This document shows, in pieces, positions 11,985-24,017 of a stretch of DNA of 64,000 bases. A program made the position numbers and the translations under genes. The stretch lies in assembly GCF_963921235.1 (NCBI RefSeq), contig NC_086097.1:137580001-137644000 (forward strand), written 5' to 3'. Each line of letters opens with the position of its first letter. The first letter of the stretch is position 1. Below the pieces are notes generated by a model, which saw only the letters and a program-made list of their open reading frames with translations, had not been told where the DNA came from and did no database searches. This DNA comes from Mobula hypostoma. Taxonomy: Eukaryota.

Positions 11985-14260
11985 ACAGGGGTGAGTCTAA
12001 CATCAGTGGTAGGGAATAAATGGAGAAGATCCTTAGGACATTTGGAAAAGCATAGACTTACTATACATAGACGGTATGGCTTTGTGTGAGGGAAAGCTTG
12101 TGACATAAATTAGACTGAGTCTTTTTGAGGAAGTGATGAAGGTGATTGATGAGGATAGGGCAGTAGATGTTGTTTACATGAACCTTAATAAAACTTTTGA
12201 GAAGGTCTCCTCATAGTAAGCTGGCCCAGAAAATTAAGTCACATGGGATTCACATTGAGATGGTAAATTGTGTTCAAAATTGGCTTGGTAATAGAAAACA
12301 AAGTGTAGTGGTAAAGGGCTGTTTCTCCTGACTGGAGGTCAGTGACCAGCGCTGTTCTGCAAGGACCGGTGCGGGGTTTGTTTTCCTAATATACGCTGAT
12401 CAGAATGAAAGTGGTTGATGGCCTCACTAGTAAGTTTGCAAATGACCCAACAATGTTGGAGGTGTGCGTAGTGACCAAGATTGTGAAAGGATACAGCAGG
12501 ATAAAGCTTAGTTAAAAATTCTGGGGAGAAATGACAGAGTGAATTTAATCTGGAGAAGTACTGGGCAATGCATTTTGTGACATCAAATACAAGAGGAAAT
12601 TATACAGCAAACAGCAGGATTTTTTGAAGCATTGATATACAGAGGGATCTTGGAATGCAAGTCCATAGCTCCCTGAAAGTGACAGTACAGGTGGATTGGG
12701 TGATAAAGAAGATATACGGCATACTTCCTTTACTGGTTGGGGCAGTGAGTATACAAGTTGGGAAGTCATACTGTAGCTGGTTAAAAGTTTTAGAAGGGCA
12801 TTTGACAAGGTTCCGCATGGCAAGCTCATTCAGAAAGTCGGGAGGTGTGGGATCCATGCAAACCTGGCTGTGTGGATACAGAATTGGGTAAGAATAAAAA
12901 AAGCTTGTCTGTAGAAGGCAGAGGGTGGTAGTAGATGGAATGTATTCTGTTTGGAGGTTGGCGACCAGTGGTGTTCAGAGGAATCTTTTCTGGGACCCCT
13001 GCTCTTTGTGATTTTTATAAATGACTTGGATGAGGAAGTGGAATGGTGGGTTAGTAAGTTTTCGGAAGACAAAAAGGTTGATGGAATTGTGGATAATGTA
13101 GAAGGTTGGTGTACGTTACAACAGGACATTGACAGGATGGAGAGCTGGGTTGAAAAGTGGCAGATGGAATTCAATCTGGAGAAGTGTGAAGTGATTCACT
13201 TTGGAAGGTTAAACTTAATGCAGGATACAAAGATAATGACAGAATTCTTAGCAGTGTGGATCTTGGGGTCCATGTCGATAGATCCTTCAAAGTTGTTGCA
13301 CAGGTTGTTAGGGTGGTTAATAAGGTGTTGGTCTTCATTAGCCGAGGGATTGAGTTCAAGAGATGCAAGGTGATGTGTAGTTCTTTAAAATTCTATTTAG
13401 ACCACACTTGTGTTCAGTTTTGCTTGCTTCATTATAGGAAGGATGTGCAAGCTTTAGAGGGGGTGCAGAGGAGATTTACCAGGATGCTGCCTGAGTTAGA
13501 GAACATGTTTATGAGGAAAGGTTAAGCAAGCTAGGGTTTTTGCCTTTGCAGTGAAGGAGGATGAGAAAAGACTTGATAGGGGTGTATACAATGGTAAGAG
13601 GCATGATATAGTGGACAGCCAGCACCTTTTCCCAAGGTCTCAGTGGTTAATATGAGAGGACATATTTTTAAGGTGATTAGAGAAAAGGATAAGATGGGGT
13701 GTTAGAGGTAGGTTTTTACAGAGAGTATTAAGTGCATGAAATGCACATGCAGGGTTGGTGTTAGAGACATTAGTGACATTTAAGAGACTTTTAGACGGGC
13801 ATGTGGATGAAGAAAAGGAGGACTATGTAGAAGGGAAGGGTTAGATTGATCATCTTGGAGTAGGTTAAAATGTCAGCACAATGTCATGGACCAAAGGACC
13901 TGTACTGTGCTGTACTGTTGTATGTCTGAAACTTCGGTTAGGCCACACTGAGTATTGTGTGTGCAGCTCTGCTCTCTGTCAGAAGAAAGAGATTTTGTTC
14001 AAGATTTTATCAGGATCAGTGTATATTAGCTGTAAGGGTGGACAAACATGGATGGTTTTCTCTTGAGTGTTAGAGGGACAACCTGACAAAAAATATAAAA
14101 TTATGAGAAGCATAAATAGTTGTTTTTCTCCACAATGGAAATGTCAAATACTAGAGAGCATAGGAAGAAAAGTTGGAAAAGATTCCTGGGGCAAGTCTTA
14201 TCTCTATAAAGAGCGGTATGTACCTGGAATGTGCTGAATGGGGAGATAACAGAAGCAGAT
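11985..14260 (+). mobile_element. Old CR1 LINE interrupted by a second CR1 (~12795-13925)
   Basis: The outer copy runs from the NYRxVSLTSVV region to ~12790 and resumes at ~13931 (ggttaggccacac). The inner copy restarts at AFDKV, encodes FINDLDEEVEWWVSKF and ends ctgtactgtgctgtactgttgtatg. Confidence 0.8.
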
Positions 14261-15530
14261 ATGATAACAAAGTTTCAGAAGCATGTAAATAGGCAGGGAA
14301 CAGAGGGATATGTTTAGGTAGGTTTCCAGGTTGCCATGGATGTGCTGGGCCAGAAGGTGTTCTATTCCTCCAACATACAATTGTGCTAACCATGCACCAG
14401 TACCAGCTGTGGTGCAATGTGCAGCACAGTGCTCTGTATCAGCAGTCACACAAGGCATTAATAACAACACAATACTGTACGTTGGAAATATGTAGCAGAT
14501 TGGGCAGCATCTGTGGAAAGAGAAACTTAACATTTCAATTTCATTCATCAGAACCGGGAGAGCAAGGAAAAATAAATTTGTTCTTTGGTAATGGAGTTGG
14601 TGGGTGGATAGAACAACAGATGACTTAATATGGCAGTTAAGTAACAGTTAAAACTAGATTAAGCATCTCTATATATGTAATGCAGTGCTAATGTTTTAAG
14701 CCACACTTACTCAATAATGACCTAATCAGCACTGCCCTATTTACTAGAGCAGATGTCTCGAGAACTCAACACAAATTTGGACCAAAAAGCTGACATCTGG
14801 AGTGAAGTGGAAGTGGCTGCCCTTGACCTCAAGGTAACGTTTGAACAGTTCCTGTTAAGGCAGGTCAATGGGAATCGAAGCCAATAGCTGACTGGCGCAA
14901 AGGAAGTTGTTCTTACCTACCACCCACGAACGTCTGCATTCAACACATTATCCTCTGCAACTTCTGCCATCTCCAAAGGGATCCTACCACATCTTTACCT
15001 CCCTCCTACCACTGCTTTCTGCAGGGATTGCTTCTTCCATGATTCCCTTGTCTATTCATCCCTCCTGGCACTCATCCCTGTAAGTGGCCTAAGTGCTACA
15101 CCTGCCCATCTGCCTCCTCCCTCAACTCCAGTCAGGGCCCCAAACAGCCTTGGGTGAAGCAACACTTCACCTGTGAGTCTGCTGAGGCCATCTATTGTGT
15201 CTGGTGCTCCTGATGCAGCCTCCTCTACATTGATGAGACCCATTGTAAATTGGGGACAGCTTTGTTGAGCATGTCCACTCCATTTGCCAAAAGTGGAGCT
15301 TCCCAGTCGCCAAACATTTTAATTCCCATTCCCGTTCTGACATCTTGTGCCAGGATGAGGCCACCCTCAGTGTGAGGATGCAACAACTTGTATTCTGTCT
15401 GGGTGGCCTCCAACCTAATGACATGAATATCAATTTCTCCATCTGATTAAACAAGGTTTTCCCTCCCCTGCAACACACAAAATGCTGGAGGAGCTCAGCA
15501 GGTCAGGCAGTATCTACGGAAATGAATAGA

Positions 15531-15568
15531 TAGTCGATGTTTCGGGCTGAGACCCTTCATCAGGACTA
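15531..15568 (-). ncRNA. Minimal type I hammerhead ribozyme motif (Penelope-associated)
   Basis: Minus strand reads UAGUC-CUGAUGA-A-GGGU-CUCA-GCCC-GAAAC-AUC-GACUA: intact core boxes, with stem I and stem II paired. Confidence 0.8.
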
Positions 15569-16081
15569 AGAAGGAAGGAGACAGATGCCAGAATAATGTG
15601 GGGTGAGGGGAAGGAGGCTAGCTGGAAAGTGATAGGTGAAACCAGGTGGGTGGGGAAAGGTCAAGGGCGGGAGAAGACAGAATCTGAGAGGAGACCATAG
15701 GAGAAAGGGAAGGAGGCGGGAACCCAGGGAGAAGTAATAGGCGGGGAAGAAGAGGCAAGAGGTCAGAATGGGGAATGAGGAGGTGGTGGAATTTATCTAC
15801 TGGAAGGAGAAATTGATATTCATGGATGGAGGCGCCCCAGAACCCTCCCATTTCCCTCTTCTTCTACTCCCCACTCTGTCCCTTACCTCTTCTTATCTGC
15901 CTATCACCTCCCCCTGGGCCCTCTCCTTCACTTTCTCCTGAGGTCCACTCTCCTCTCCTATCAGATTCCTTCCTCTCCAGCCCTTGACCTTTCCTACCCA
16001 CCTGGCTTCAGCTATCACTTTCCAGCTGGTCTCTTTCCCCACCCCCAACCTTTTTCTTCTGGAGTCTTCCACCTCCCTTTC

Positions 16082-16119
16082 CAGTCCTGACGAAGGGTCT
16101 CGGCCTGAACCATTGGCTG
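16082..16119 (+). ncRNA. Hammerhead motif, core-mutated copy
   Basis: CAGUC-CUGACGA-A-GGGU-CUCG-GCCU-GAAC-C-AUU-GGCUG. GAAA is changed to GAAC. Confidence 0.65.
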
Positions 16120-18084
16120 CTTATCCATTTCCATAGATGCTGCCTGACCTGCTGAGTTCCTCCAGCATTTTGTTTGTGTTGCAAAGGTTGTAGTTGTTAG
16201 AGGTCAATCTTACAAGCTCTGGGACATCACTGCAGGACAGTTTGTCAGGGCAGTGTATGACGCCCAAACATCTTCAGCTGTTTTATTAATGATCTTCCTT
16301 CCATCATTAGATTAGAAGTGGGGATGTTTGTTGATGATTGCAGAGTGCTCAATTCTATTTTCAGCTCCTGAACAAATGAACCTCCTATGCCTGTATTCAA
16401 CATTCAGGCTGTGAAAGTGCCAGGCATCAGCCATCTCCAACAGAGAAACTCTGACCACTTACAATTGATATTCAGTACATTACGATTACTGAATGCCAAT
16501 TATCAGTATCCTGTAGGTCACCAGTGATCAGAAACTCAGTAGGATCCACCACATAAACACCGCTGGTGCAAGAGAAGTTGAGTGTCTGGATACATGCAGT
16601 CACTTCCTTACACCCAAGGTCATTCTAACTATCTCCAAGCACAAATCCAGAACATGATGGAATACTCACTATTTGCCTGGATGTGTGCAATGCCAACAGC
16701 TCTCAAGACGGTGGGCACCATCCAGGATTGCAGAATTAAGTGATGCAATTACTTGAATGTACTCCACAAACTACATAGATCATCCCATCCTCCACTACCA
16801 GTGCAGATTAACTGTAGTATGTACCACCTACAAAATGACCTGCAGTTACTTGCCCAGACTATTCCAACAGCACCTCCCAAATCTGTAAGAACAAGCACAG
16901 CAGACATATAGAAAGGATGCTGGCTTGCTTCAAATTGCTCACCATCCTAACGGGTAAATTTATTGGTGGTCTTTCATCTGCTGGGTCTAAATCTGGAAGT
17001 GCCTCTCTAGCACCACAGGAGCACCTTACAGAGAAGGGCTGTTGTGATGCAAGAAGGCAGTTCACCATCACCTTCAGAGGGAAAGTGTGTTTAGACAATA
17101 CATGACATTTTGCCAGTGATGCCCAGATCCTGAAAATGAGCATAATGGCTGTCTCTTCTGTCTCTCCCCTGCAGCAAACTATCAGTCCAATTAAAGCTTT
17201 TGTTTTAAAAGGGAAGTTTCTGAATCTGCACTGAAGCCAAACTACCATTTGACCTGGTGCCAGGTTCCAAGGTTTGTTTAATGCAGGGCAACAAAAAGCA
17301 TTTGGTTTGCTGTGCCAAGTCTAAATGTTTGAGTCAGAGCATTGCCATTTATGGAAATGCATCCAATAACTTGGAAGTAGCAAAAATATTATTCTGAGAA
17401 AAATTATAATTTTTTAGATTTACTTTTAATATAGTAATGAATTCAATATGATGGAGATTTACAATGTATTTCTGAACACTTCACTGGTTAAAAGAGTCAT
17501 GGGGAGCCACTTAAATCTTAGTTGAAAAGTTTTGGTTCAAATGGTGAACTCATCACTTTAGTTACTTATGTTAGTTACTGAGACAATAATGCTGTCGGGG
17601 TAATTCCCCCTGGAAAACTGATTTCCTACAATAAAGATTGCAGCTTTTACAATGAAAACCTCATGGACTTGGCGTCACTTTTTATTCTCATTCCACCAGA
17701 TCAAATTGAAATGTTGCTCTTGAGCTCCCAATATTCTTTTGCCCTATTTCATTTAATTCACTCACAGATTTTTGTTCCTTTCACCAGTCTATTTCTGTTC
17801 CTTGGTTGTATTTAATTTTTTTGGAATTGTAAAGGGTACACATTTAGAGATGGCTGATAGAATAAACAGGGATTGAGGATGCTAATGACAATGTGTTCTG
17901 TGCTAGTTTCCAAGTGTCTCAGCAATATTCATTTACCTGAGTGTTCCACTGGAGGACTTGCAAATCCAGCCAACTTCAGCCTCACCAACACAGCATTCTT
18001 CTTACTCTCCCTTCTCCCCCTGTTCAAAACAAGGTAGCCAAGGCCTCAAATTTGGAATAACTCATTAATCTGCTGGACACTCAG

Positions 18085-18245
18085 TGGGTGCCACAGTAGC
18101 GTAGTGGTTAGTGTGATGCTTTTACAGCTCGGGCCGTTTCAGAGTTCAGTTTCAGCACCACTTGTAAGGAGTCTGTTAATTCTCCCTGTAGAATGTTTGG
18201 GATTTTTTTTCCTGGGTCTTTGGTTTCCTCCCACAGTCCAAAGAG
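18085..18245 (+). mobile_element. V-SINE-type tRNA-derived SINE, partial
   Basis: tagcgtagtggttag A-box, gagttcagt B-box, and tgtaaggagt...ggtttcctcccacagtcca core. Confidence 0.7.
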
Positions 18246-18704
18246 TTGGAAATTTCATTGCTTTGCTCTCTCTCAGAATGCTCACTTGACCAAACCGATA
18301 GGCTGCTTTTTTAAAAGGGGAACTGATCATCTTTAGAGATCACATGCTGTTCTATGCTCATTCTACCCAGTCCCACAGACAATAGGTCTGAAGCTCCACT
18401 GACCTGGTGCCCGGCGGGTCAGGGAATATTGTTAAATTGCCATGTTGTGTTTCAAACATGCAGTCAATCACTCATTGTTTGAGTCTGCTCCTGAGCACCT
18501 TACACAGTGGAAAAGAGTACTTTGCATTCAGTCATTCTGGTAGGGAATATGCAACTGGCTTTGAATTAGTTGTTAAATTTGGCAAACAGAAGACAGGTAT
18601 TTATTATAGTTACTCAAACTTCAATTCCACTATGGGATTTAATCTGGTACATACAGGAATCAAAGTATTCTGACCACTTCTTTCAATAAATCCAAGAGGA
18701 CCAC

Positions 18705-19100
18705 AACCTAGTCACAGTTTGGAGGTTTGCATGCCTCGATGACCCAGAGAGCTGTATTGGCTGGAGTCAGGGCTTTGTGCTTTGGCTCTTGGTAGGGTCA
18801 CCATTCCAAACAGGTCAAAGGGTAGAGGATAGACTACGAGTGGTCCACCAGTCCTTCAGGTTTGGGAGTTCAGCTCAGGGCTAACAAGCCTGACTGGTCA
18901 AACAAAACTGTTACGGAAACAGCGATGAAGAATCTTTCTACAGCTTAGAGCGACAGTACCCCTGAGTCTCCACCCGGGACTTGCATGACTGACAGTCGTG
19001 AAAACCAAGAGGAAGCTACTGGCAAGATGAAGGAAGCCCTGAACACCTCCAGGGATGGACGACCTTCATTGCTGCCCCAAACGCTAGCAGGGTACTAGGT
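18705..19100 (+). mobile_element. Short non-autonomous RTE-derived element (RTE 5'UTR joined to RTE 3' end)
   Basis: ggaggtttgcatgcctcgatgaccc...ggtagggtcacc...acaggtcaaaggg and gggctaacaa motifs typical of RTE 5' UTRs. Ends gatggacgaccttcattgctgccc. No ORF between. Confidence 0.6.
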
Positions 19101-19406
19101 TACTACCTACACACTGATGTTACCTCAGGTTCCACGAAAAGCCTTTCACCTCTGAGTTGCATGTTTTAGGCTTAGATTCAATATTGAACAATTAAGATTC
19201 CAGGTTGTTTAATCTAATTTCCTGCACACAAGTGTAAGGAGAATGAAATAATTGTTACTGTGGATCCAATGCAGCTCAAAAACCCTCAAAAGATAAAGAA
19301 CAAATAATAATAAGAAAAAAACGCAATAAATATAAATAAAAAAGATAGGTCGTATATAGATTGTATTCTCATAAAGAAACACCAGGCTGAACATAAGGTG
19401 ACTAAG

Positions 19407-20127
19407 TGACACGGTGGTGACAAGAAAACAACCTCTCCCTCAATGTCGCAAGAACAAAAGAGTTGATTGTGGATTACAGGAGGAATGGAGACGGGCTAAC
19501 CCCTGTTGACATCAATGGATCTGGGATTGAGAGGGGGAACAATCAAGTTCCTCCACATCCACATCACCAAGGACCTCATGGGGTCTGTACACACCAGCTG
19601 TGTGGTGAAAAAGGCACAACAGCGCCTCTTTCACCTCAGACGGTTAAAATTTGGTATGGGCCCCCAAATCCTAAGAATTTCCTACAGGAGCACAATTAAG
19701 AGCATCCTGACTGGCTGCATCACTGCCTGATATGGGAACTTTGCAGAACTCTGCAGAGAGTGGTGTGGACAGCCCAGCACATCCGTAGGTGTGAACTTCC
19801 CACTATTCAGGACATTTACAAAGACAGGTGTGTATAAAGGGCCCAAAGGATCCCAACCACAATCTATTCCAGCTGCTACCATCCGGGAAACGGTACCACA
19901 GCATAAAAGCCAGGACCAACAGGCTCCACGACAGCTTCTTCCACCAGGCCATCAGACTGATTAATTCATGCTGACACAACTGTATTTCTATGTTATATTG
20001 ACTATCCTGTTGTACATACTATTTATTATAAATTACTATAAATTGCACATTTAGACAGACATAACGTAAAAGATTTTTACTCTTCATGTATATGAAGGAG
20101 GTAAGTAATAAAGTCAATTCAATTCAA
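19407..20127 (+). mobile_element. Rex1/Babar-type LINE 3' fragment
   Basis: NLSLNV..TKELIVDYRR and VKKAQQRLFHLRRL...ILTGCITA. Tail aataaagtcaattcaattcaa. Confidence 0.85.
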
Positions 20128-20414
20128 TAAAGGAAATAATGAAGTAGTGGTGGAGGTGTTGATCAGACTTTCCGCTTGGGGAAAGTAACTGTTTTTGAGT
20201 CTGGTGGTCCTGGCGTGGATGTTATGTAGTCTCCTCCCTGATGTGAGTGGGAAACAGTCCATTAGCAGGGTGGGTGGGATCCTTCATGATGTCATTGACC
20301 CTTCTCCAGCACTTTTCGGTACGATGGTGGGTAGGTTTGATGACCCCTTATAGAGCCTCCCCTTCTGCCGCAGCCCAATTTCCTTACCAAGTAGTAATGC
20401 AGCTTGCTAAGATG

Positions 20415-20861
20415 GCCGGGGCGAGGTCGAAGGTGCTCAGCAGAGGATGGTGCTCAGGAGGCTGTATCGGAGGGGCTGGTCGGAGGCTCAAAGTTTTTGG
20501 ATGGATGGACACGGTGTTGGCTGTGGACGGGTGCTTCCAATGCATTGGCACGTTGTCGGTGCCTTGGAGGTTTATGGCAGGGAGTTTCTCCCTTTTGCCA
20601 CCTGCTATCGGGGACTCAGGAGTCGATCGGGACTTGAGACTTTTTTTTTTACCATGCCCATGGTCTGTTCTTTATCAAATTATAGTATTGTTTTGCACTG
20701 CTGTAACTATATGTTATAATTATGTGGTTCTGTCAGTGTTAGTCTTTGGTTTGTCCTGTCTTTCTGTGATATCACTCTGGAGGAACACTGTATCATTTCT
20801 TAATGCATGTATGCATTTCTAAATGACAATAAAAGAGAACTGAGTGTTCTCATAATCTAAT
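20415..20861 (+). mobile_element. Non-coding retroposon 3' end with (AATCT)n tail and 8-bp TSD
   Basis: CTAAGATG at 20407-20414 and 20862-20869. aatgacaataaa lies upstream of the taatctaatctaa tail. Confidence 0.8.
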
Positions 20862-22439
20862 CTAAGATGCCCTCTACCGCACATCTGTAGAATGATGTGA
20901 GTAGGGATGTGCAAAGTCCAGCTCTCTTCAGCCTCGTCGGAAAGTAGAGGCATTGGTGAGCTTTCTTGACCATGTACAACGTGTTTGTTGTGGGACCACA
21001 AGAGGTAGTGTGTGATGTGCACCCCCAACAGTTTGAAACTGCTTGCAGTTTCCCACTGCTGTGCCACTGGTGTGAGAGGGTTGTGAGTGGTGCAAGTTCT
21101 CCTAAAGTCAATAACCATCTCTTTTGTCTTGTTGACATTAAGGAAGAGGTTAATTGCCTGGCACCAGGCCTTGAGCTCTTTCACCTTCTCCGTGTACCTC
21201 ATCTCATTGTTTTTGGTGCTGAGCCCCAGCACTGTCATGTCATCGGCAAGCTCATTTCTGAGACCTGAGCCCAAATTGACTGACACCAATTGGTTAATGT
21301 GGTGCAGAAGGGTAGCCCACACCATCAGGAGGTGCCCTTTCACAGACAGGAGGTGAAGGGAATCTCCTTATTCTCACGTGGGCTTTCCTTTGGTGTCCTA
21401 TTCCTCAAACAGCACTGAAACAGATGATTAACATATTACAACAGCTGTGTACGTGGGAGCTTGCTACGCACAAAAATAGCTACCAGATTTCCTACGTCAC
21501 CACAGTGACGACACTTTAAAAAGTACATCACCAGTTGCAGTTAAGTTGTGATATATGCAACCACTGTTTTGTTATCATGTGTGTTTCCTTCCAACACTGA
21601 AAACTGGCTCTGGAATTGCCTGCTGTCCATTGGTTATGTTCAAAATGCACTCCAGAGCACCCTTCCAGTTCCAAGATAATCCTTCATGTAAATGACAGGC
21701 TGTGAGGTTGTCTGGGGATATCTAGTGCTCAGGAACATTGCTGAAAATCAATCAGACATCTGCAACTAATGCAGCCGAGAGTCTCCTCAGGAAGTATTAG
21801 GTTATTAGCCTCTGTTGCCAGGGAAGTTAAGATATCATTTATTATTGGTTCAATGTACAAAGGTTGCCACTTGACAGGAATAGCAGAAATCAGGCTATCT
21901 GATGGCAGTAAGTAACCATTTAAGGTTCATTTTAAGGAACTCTGGACTACAAACAGGAGGGAATTCAGCCCCCCAAGGCAGCTCCAAAAGTTTGGGCGTT
22001 GGAAGAGCTAGAGGAACTGAAAGCTTTCCATCACATTCTCCACCTTTCTGCCAATAACTATATGCTTTCAAACATCCAGTGATCTTAATTTTGGATACAC
22101 TTGATGCTGAGATACATCCTAGGATACGCTGGGATGCATCATCAGTGTTATCACCTAGGGACTTCAGGTGTCTCGGGACTTTCAACATCAGACACCCTCA
22201 CCCAGGCGGCCCAGCCAGGGTTGATCAGGCCCCGGCTTGTGTCCCAGCAGCACTGGTTCATAGGTCACACCCCTTGATCGATGGCCACTTGGAGGCTCAC
22301 TCAGCAGCCTCTGTGACGGTCCTGAAGGTTCCTTTCTTTGCAGCCATAATGCCCAGGAGAGAGTAGGTTCTGCACAGTAAGCAGACAGCAAACCTTTGAC
22401 ACCCCACCTCTATAGGCTTGCAATGAAGCTCTTTTGGCA

Positions 22440-22590
22440 TTAGGAAACAACCTTGTTCCAAACACCGGGCATCTCCAGCAGTGCATTACGCCCTCAGTAC
22501 TGCTGCACTGCCATCCTGGAATACATGCTAAAATAAACTCGCAGCCTTCGACTTTGGAGGAAAGAAATTTATCAAGCTGAGCCATAGATG
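22440..22590 (-). mobile_element. DeuSINE-like (SacSINE1/AmnSINE1-type) core fragment; related remnants near 36600-36720, 49640-49940 and 52370-52600
   Basis: cagtgcattacgccctcagtactgc matches the reverse of the Deu-domain motif gcagtactgagggagtgctgcactg, recalled from knowledge of the family. Confidence 0.5.
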
Positions 22591-23619
22591 ACATTTAATA
22601 CCAGAGACATCTCATAACTACACCCTGGTAAATTAGAAGCTGCAACTCCTGAATTCTATGACAAAAAAAGTGAAAAATATTTCTTGCCATCCTTACCATG
22701 CTGCACCCAGATATAATTCAGTGAAATGCAAGATACAATCAAAAATACAAACAATAGCCAGCTCTCTGATGACAACATTGCGGTAAAGAGTGGAAATTAA
22801 CAGTTACTGCACACTGCAACGATGCAGAGTGTTCGATACTTTCCAGTTACTATAAATTATTTATATCTCACGTCCATTTGGGTTGATGGAACACGAGTGG
22901 CATGGTGAGCACACAGGCATCCAGCTTTAGTTGGTTTACCACCAGCTGTGAGATCAAAGAAACCCAGTCAGGTATGGGTCAGGGAAATTTGGCAAGACGG
23001 CTAATATTAAAGGGTTGCTGCTTACTACTGATGATGAGAAGTATCAATGTAGCTGAAATTTTCTTTCCGTTGCATTATGTAGAAGTTGCTAGTTGCGGGT
23101 TTTGAGATGTTTATGTCAAGGTGAGGTACACTACAGTGAACAGCACAAGTTTACAAGGTTATAAAGAATATAAAATTATTCTGATTCTGATTCTAATGAA
23201 GAGATAAGAGTTGTTGTGCAATAACTATTATGCAGAGAATAACGTTTCTTAAACCACATATGGATTACTGTGACAATTCAGGTCTCCATGAAGTAGAAAT
23301 ATTTTACCAGGACTGAGAAAATAGTGGAATATAAATGTAGAGGGAATAGAGATAATTCAAAAAAGTTCCCAGAATCTGACAGGATTGTTCTATTTTTCAA
23401 AGTTAGGAGGAATAGAAGTTCTTCTACACTTCCCACCCCCTGGACCTCTCAGTTCCCCATTCTATATTGCTCTTTATCCAGTTTCTAGGGACCTCAAACA
23501 CAAGCCAGTTCAAGACATGAAGTGTGGGAAATTCCATTAAGAACAGCACTGTGCTAAAAATTAAAGACATATCTTACTTGGTTTATTCAACCTGATTTGG
23601 GAGTCTCTTAGGTGGAATA

Positions 23620-24017
23620 CATATTGCGTCAAAGTCTTAGGCACATGTAAAAAAATCTGTAAAGCGAAGAAGCTTTAAACAATGAAATTACAAGTTTCTA
23701 AATATCAAAATATTTACTATAAAGAGCAGTAAACAGTAAAAAACTAAATCAAATCGGTATCTGGTGTGACGACCCTTTGCCTTTAAAACTGCATCAGTTC
23801 TCTTAAGTACGCTGTCGAGCAGTTTTACAAGAAAATCGGCTAGCACCTTGAAGAACTTGCCTCAGTTCCTCTGCAGAACTTGGCTGTCTCTCTTGCCTGT
23901 GTCTCACCAGGTGATCCCAGAAAGCTTCGATGATGTTGAGATCAAGGCTCTGTGGAGGCCGTACCATCTGAAACCATATAAAAAATCTAGAGTGCTTCAG
24001 ACTTTTGCACAGTACTG
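23620..24017 (-). mobile_element. Internally deleted Tc1-like DNA transposon
   Basis: Imperfect TIRs (ca...aaagtcttaggcac / gtgcttcagacttttgcacagtactg) flanked by TA. Minus strand encodes PPQSLDLNIIEAFWDHL (SPDLNPIE motif). Confidence 0.85.

Larger units (their letters stand above)
14905..16183 (+). mobile_element. Penelope-like element 3' part (GIY-YIG remnant + terminal repeat) containing an inverted copy of the terminal repeat at ~15469-15830
   Basis: Decayed HFTCES...IYCVWCS*CSLLYI-ET and EDATTCIL/LQPNDMNI GIY-YIG region. Terminus ...gatgctgcctgacctgctgagttcctccagcattttg. The same terminus appears reversed at 15469 onward. Confidence 0.85.
14750..17140 (+). mobile_element. Ancient CR1-group LINE RT region and 3' end, split by the Penelope insertion
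   Basis: gcccttgacctcaagg (ALD-K), cagggcagt...cccaaacatcttcagctgttttattaatgatct (QGS..P..F..FINDL), tttgttgatgat (F.DD), and tail aagaaggcagttcaccatcacctt. Confidence 0.7.
19195..21260 (-). mobile_element. Rex1/Babar-type LINE 3' part hosting two opposite-strand insertions
   Basis: Minus strand LADDMTVLGL...LNVNKTKEMVIDFRR and KAHQCLYF...FYRCAVEGIL. Interrupted at ~19407-20127 and 20415-20861. Confidence 0.8.

Noticed and set aside
20247..20822. 191-aa ORF
   Set aside because: It spans the junction of an antisense LINE and an inserted non-coding retroposon tail, with no recognisable domain.
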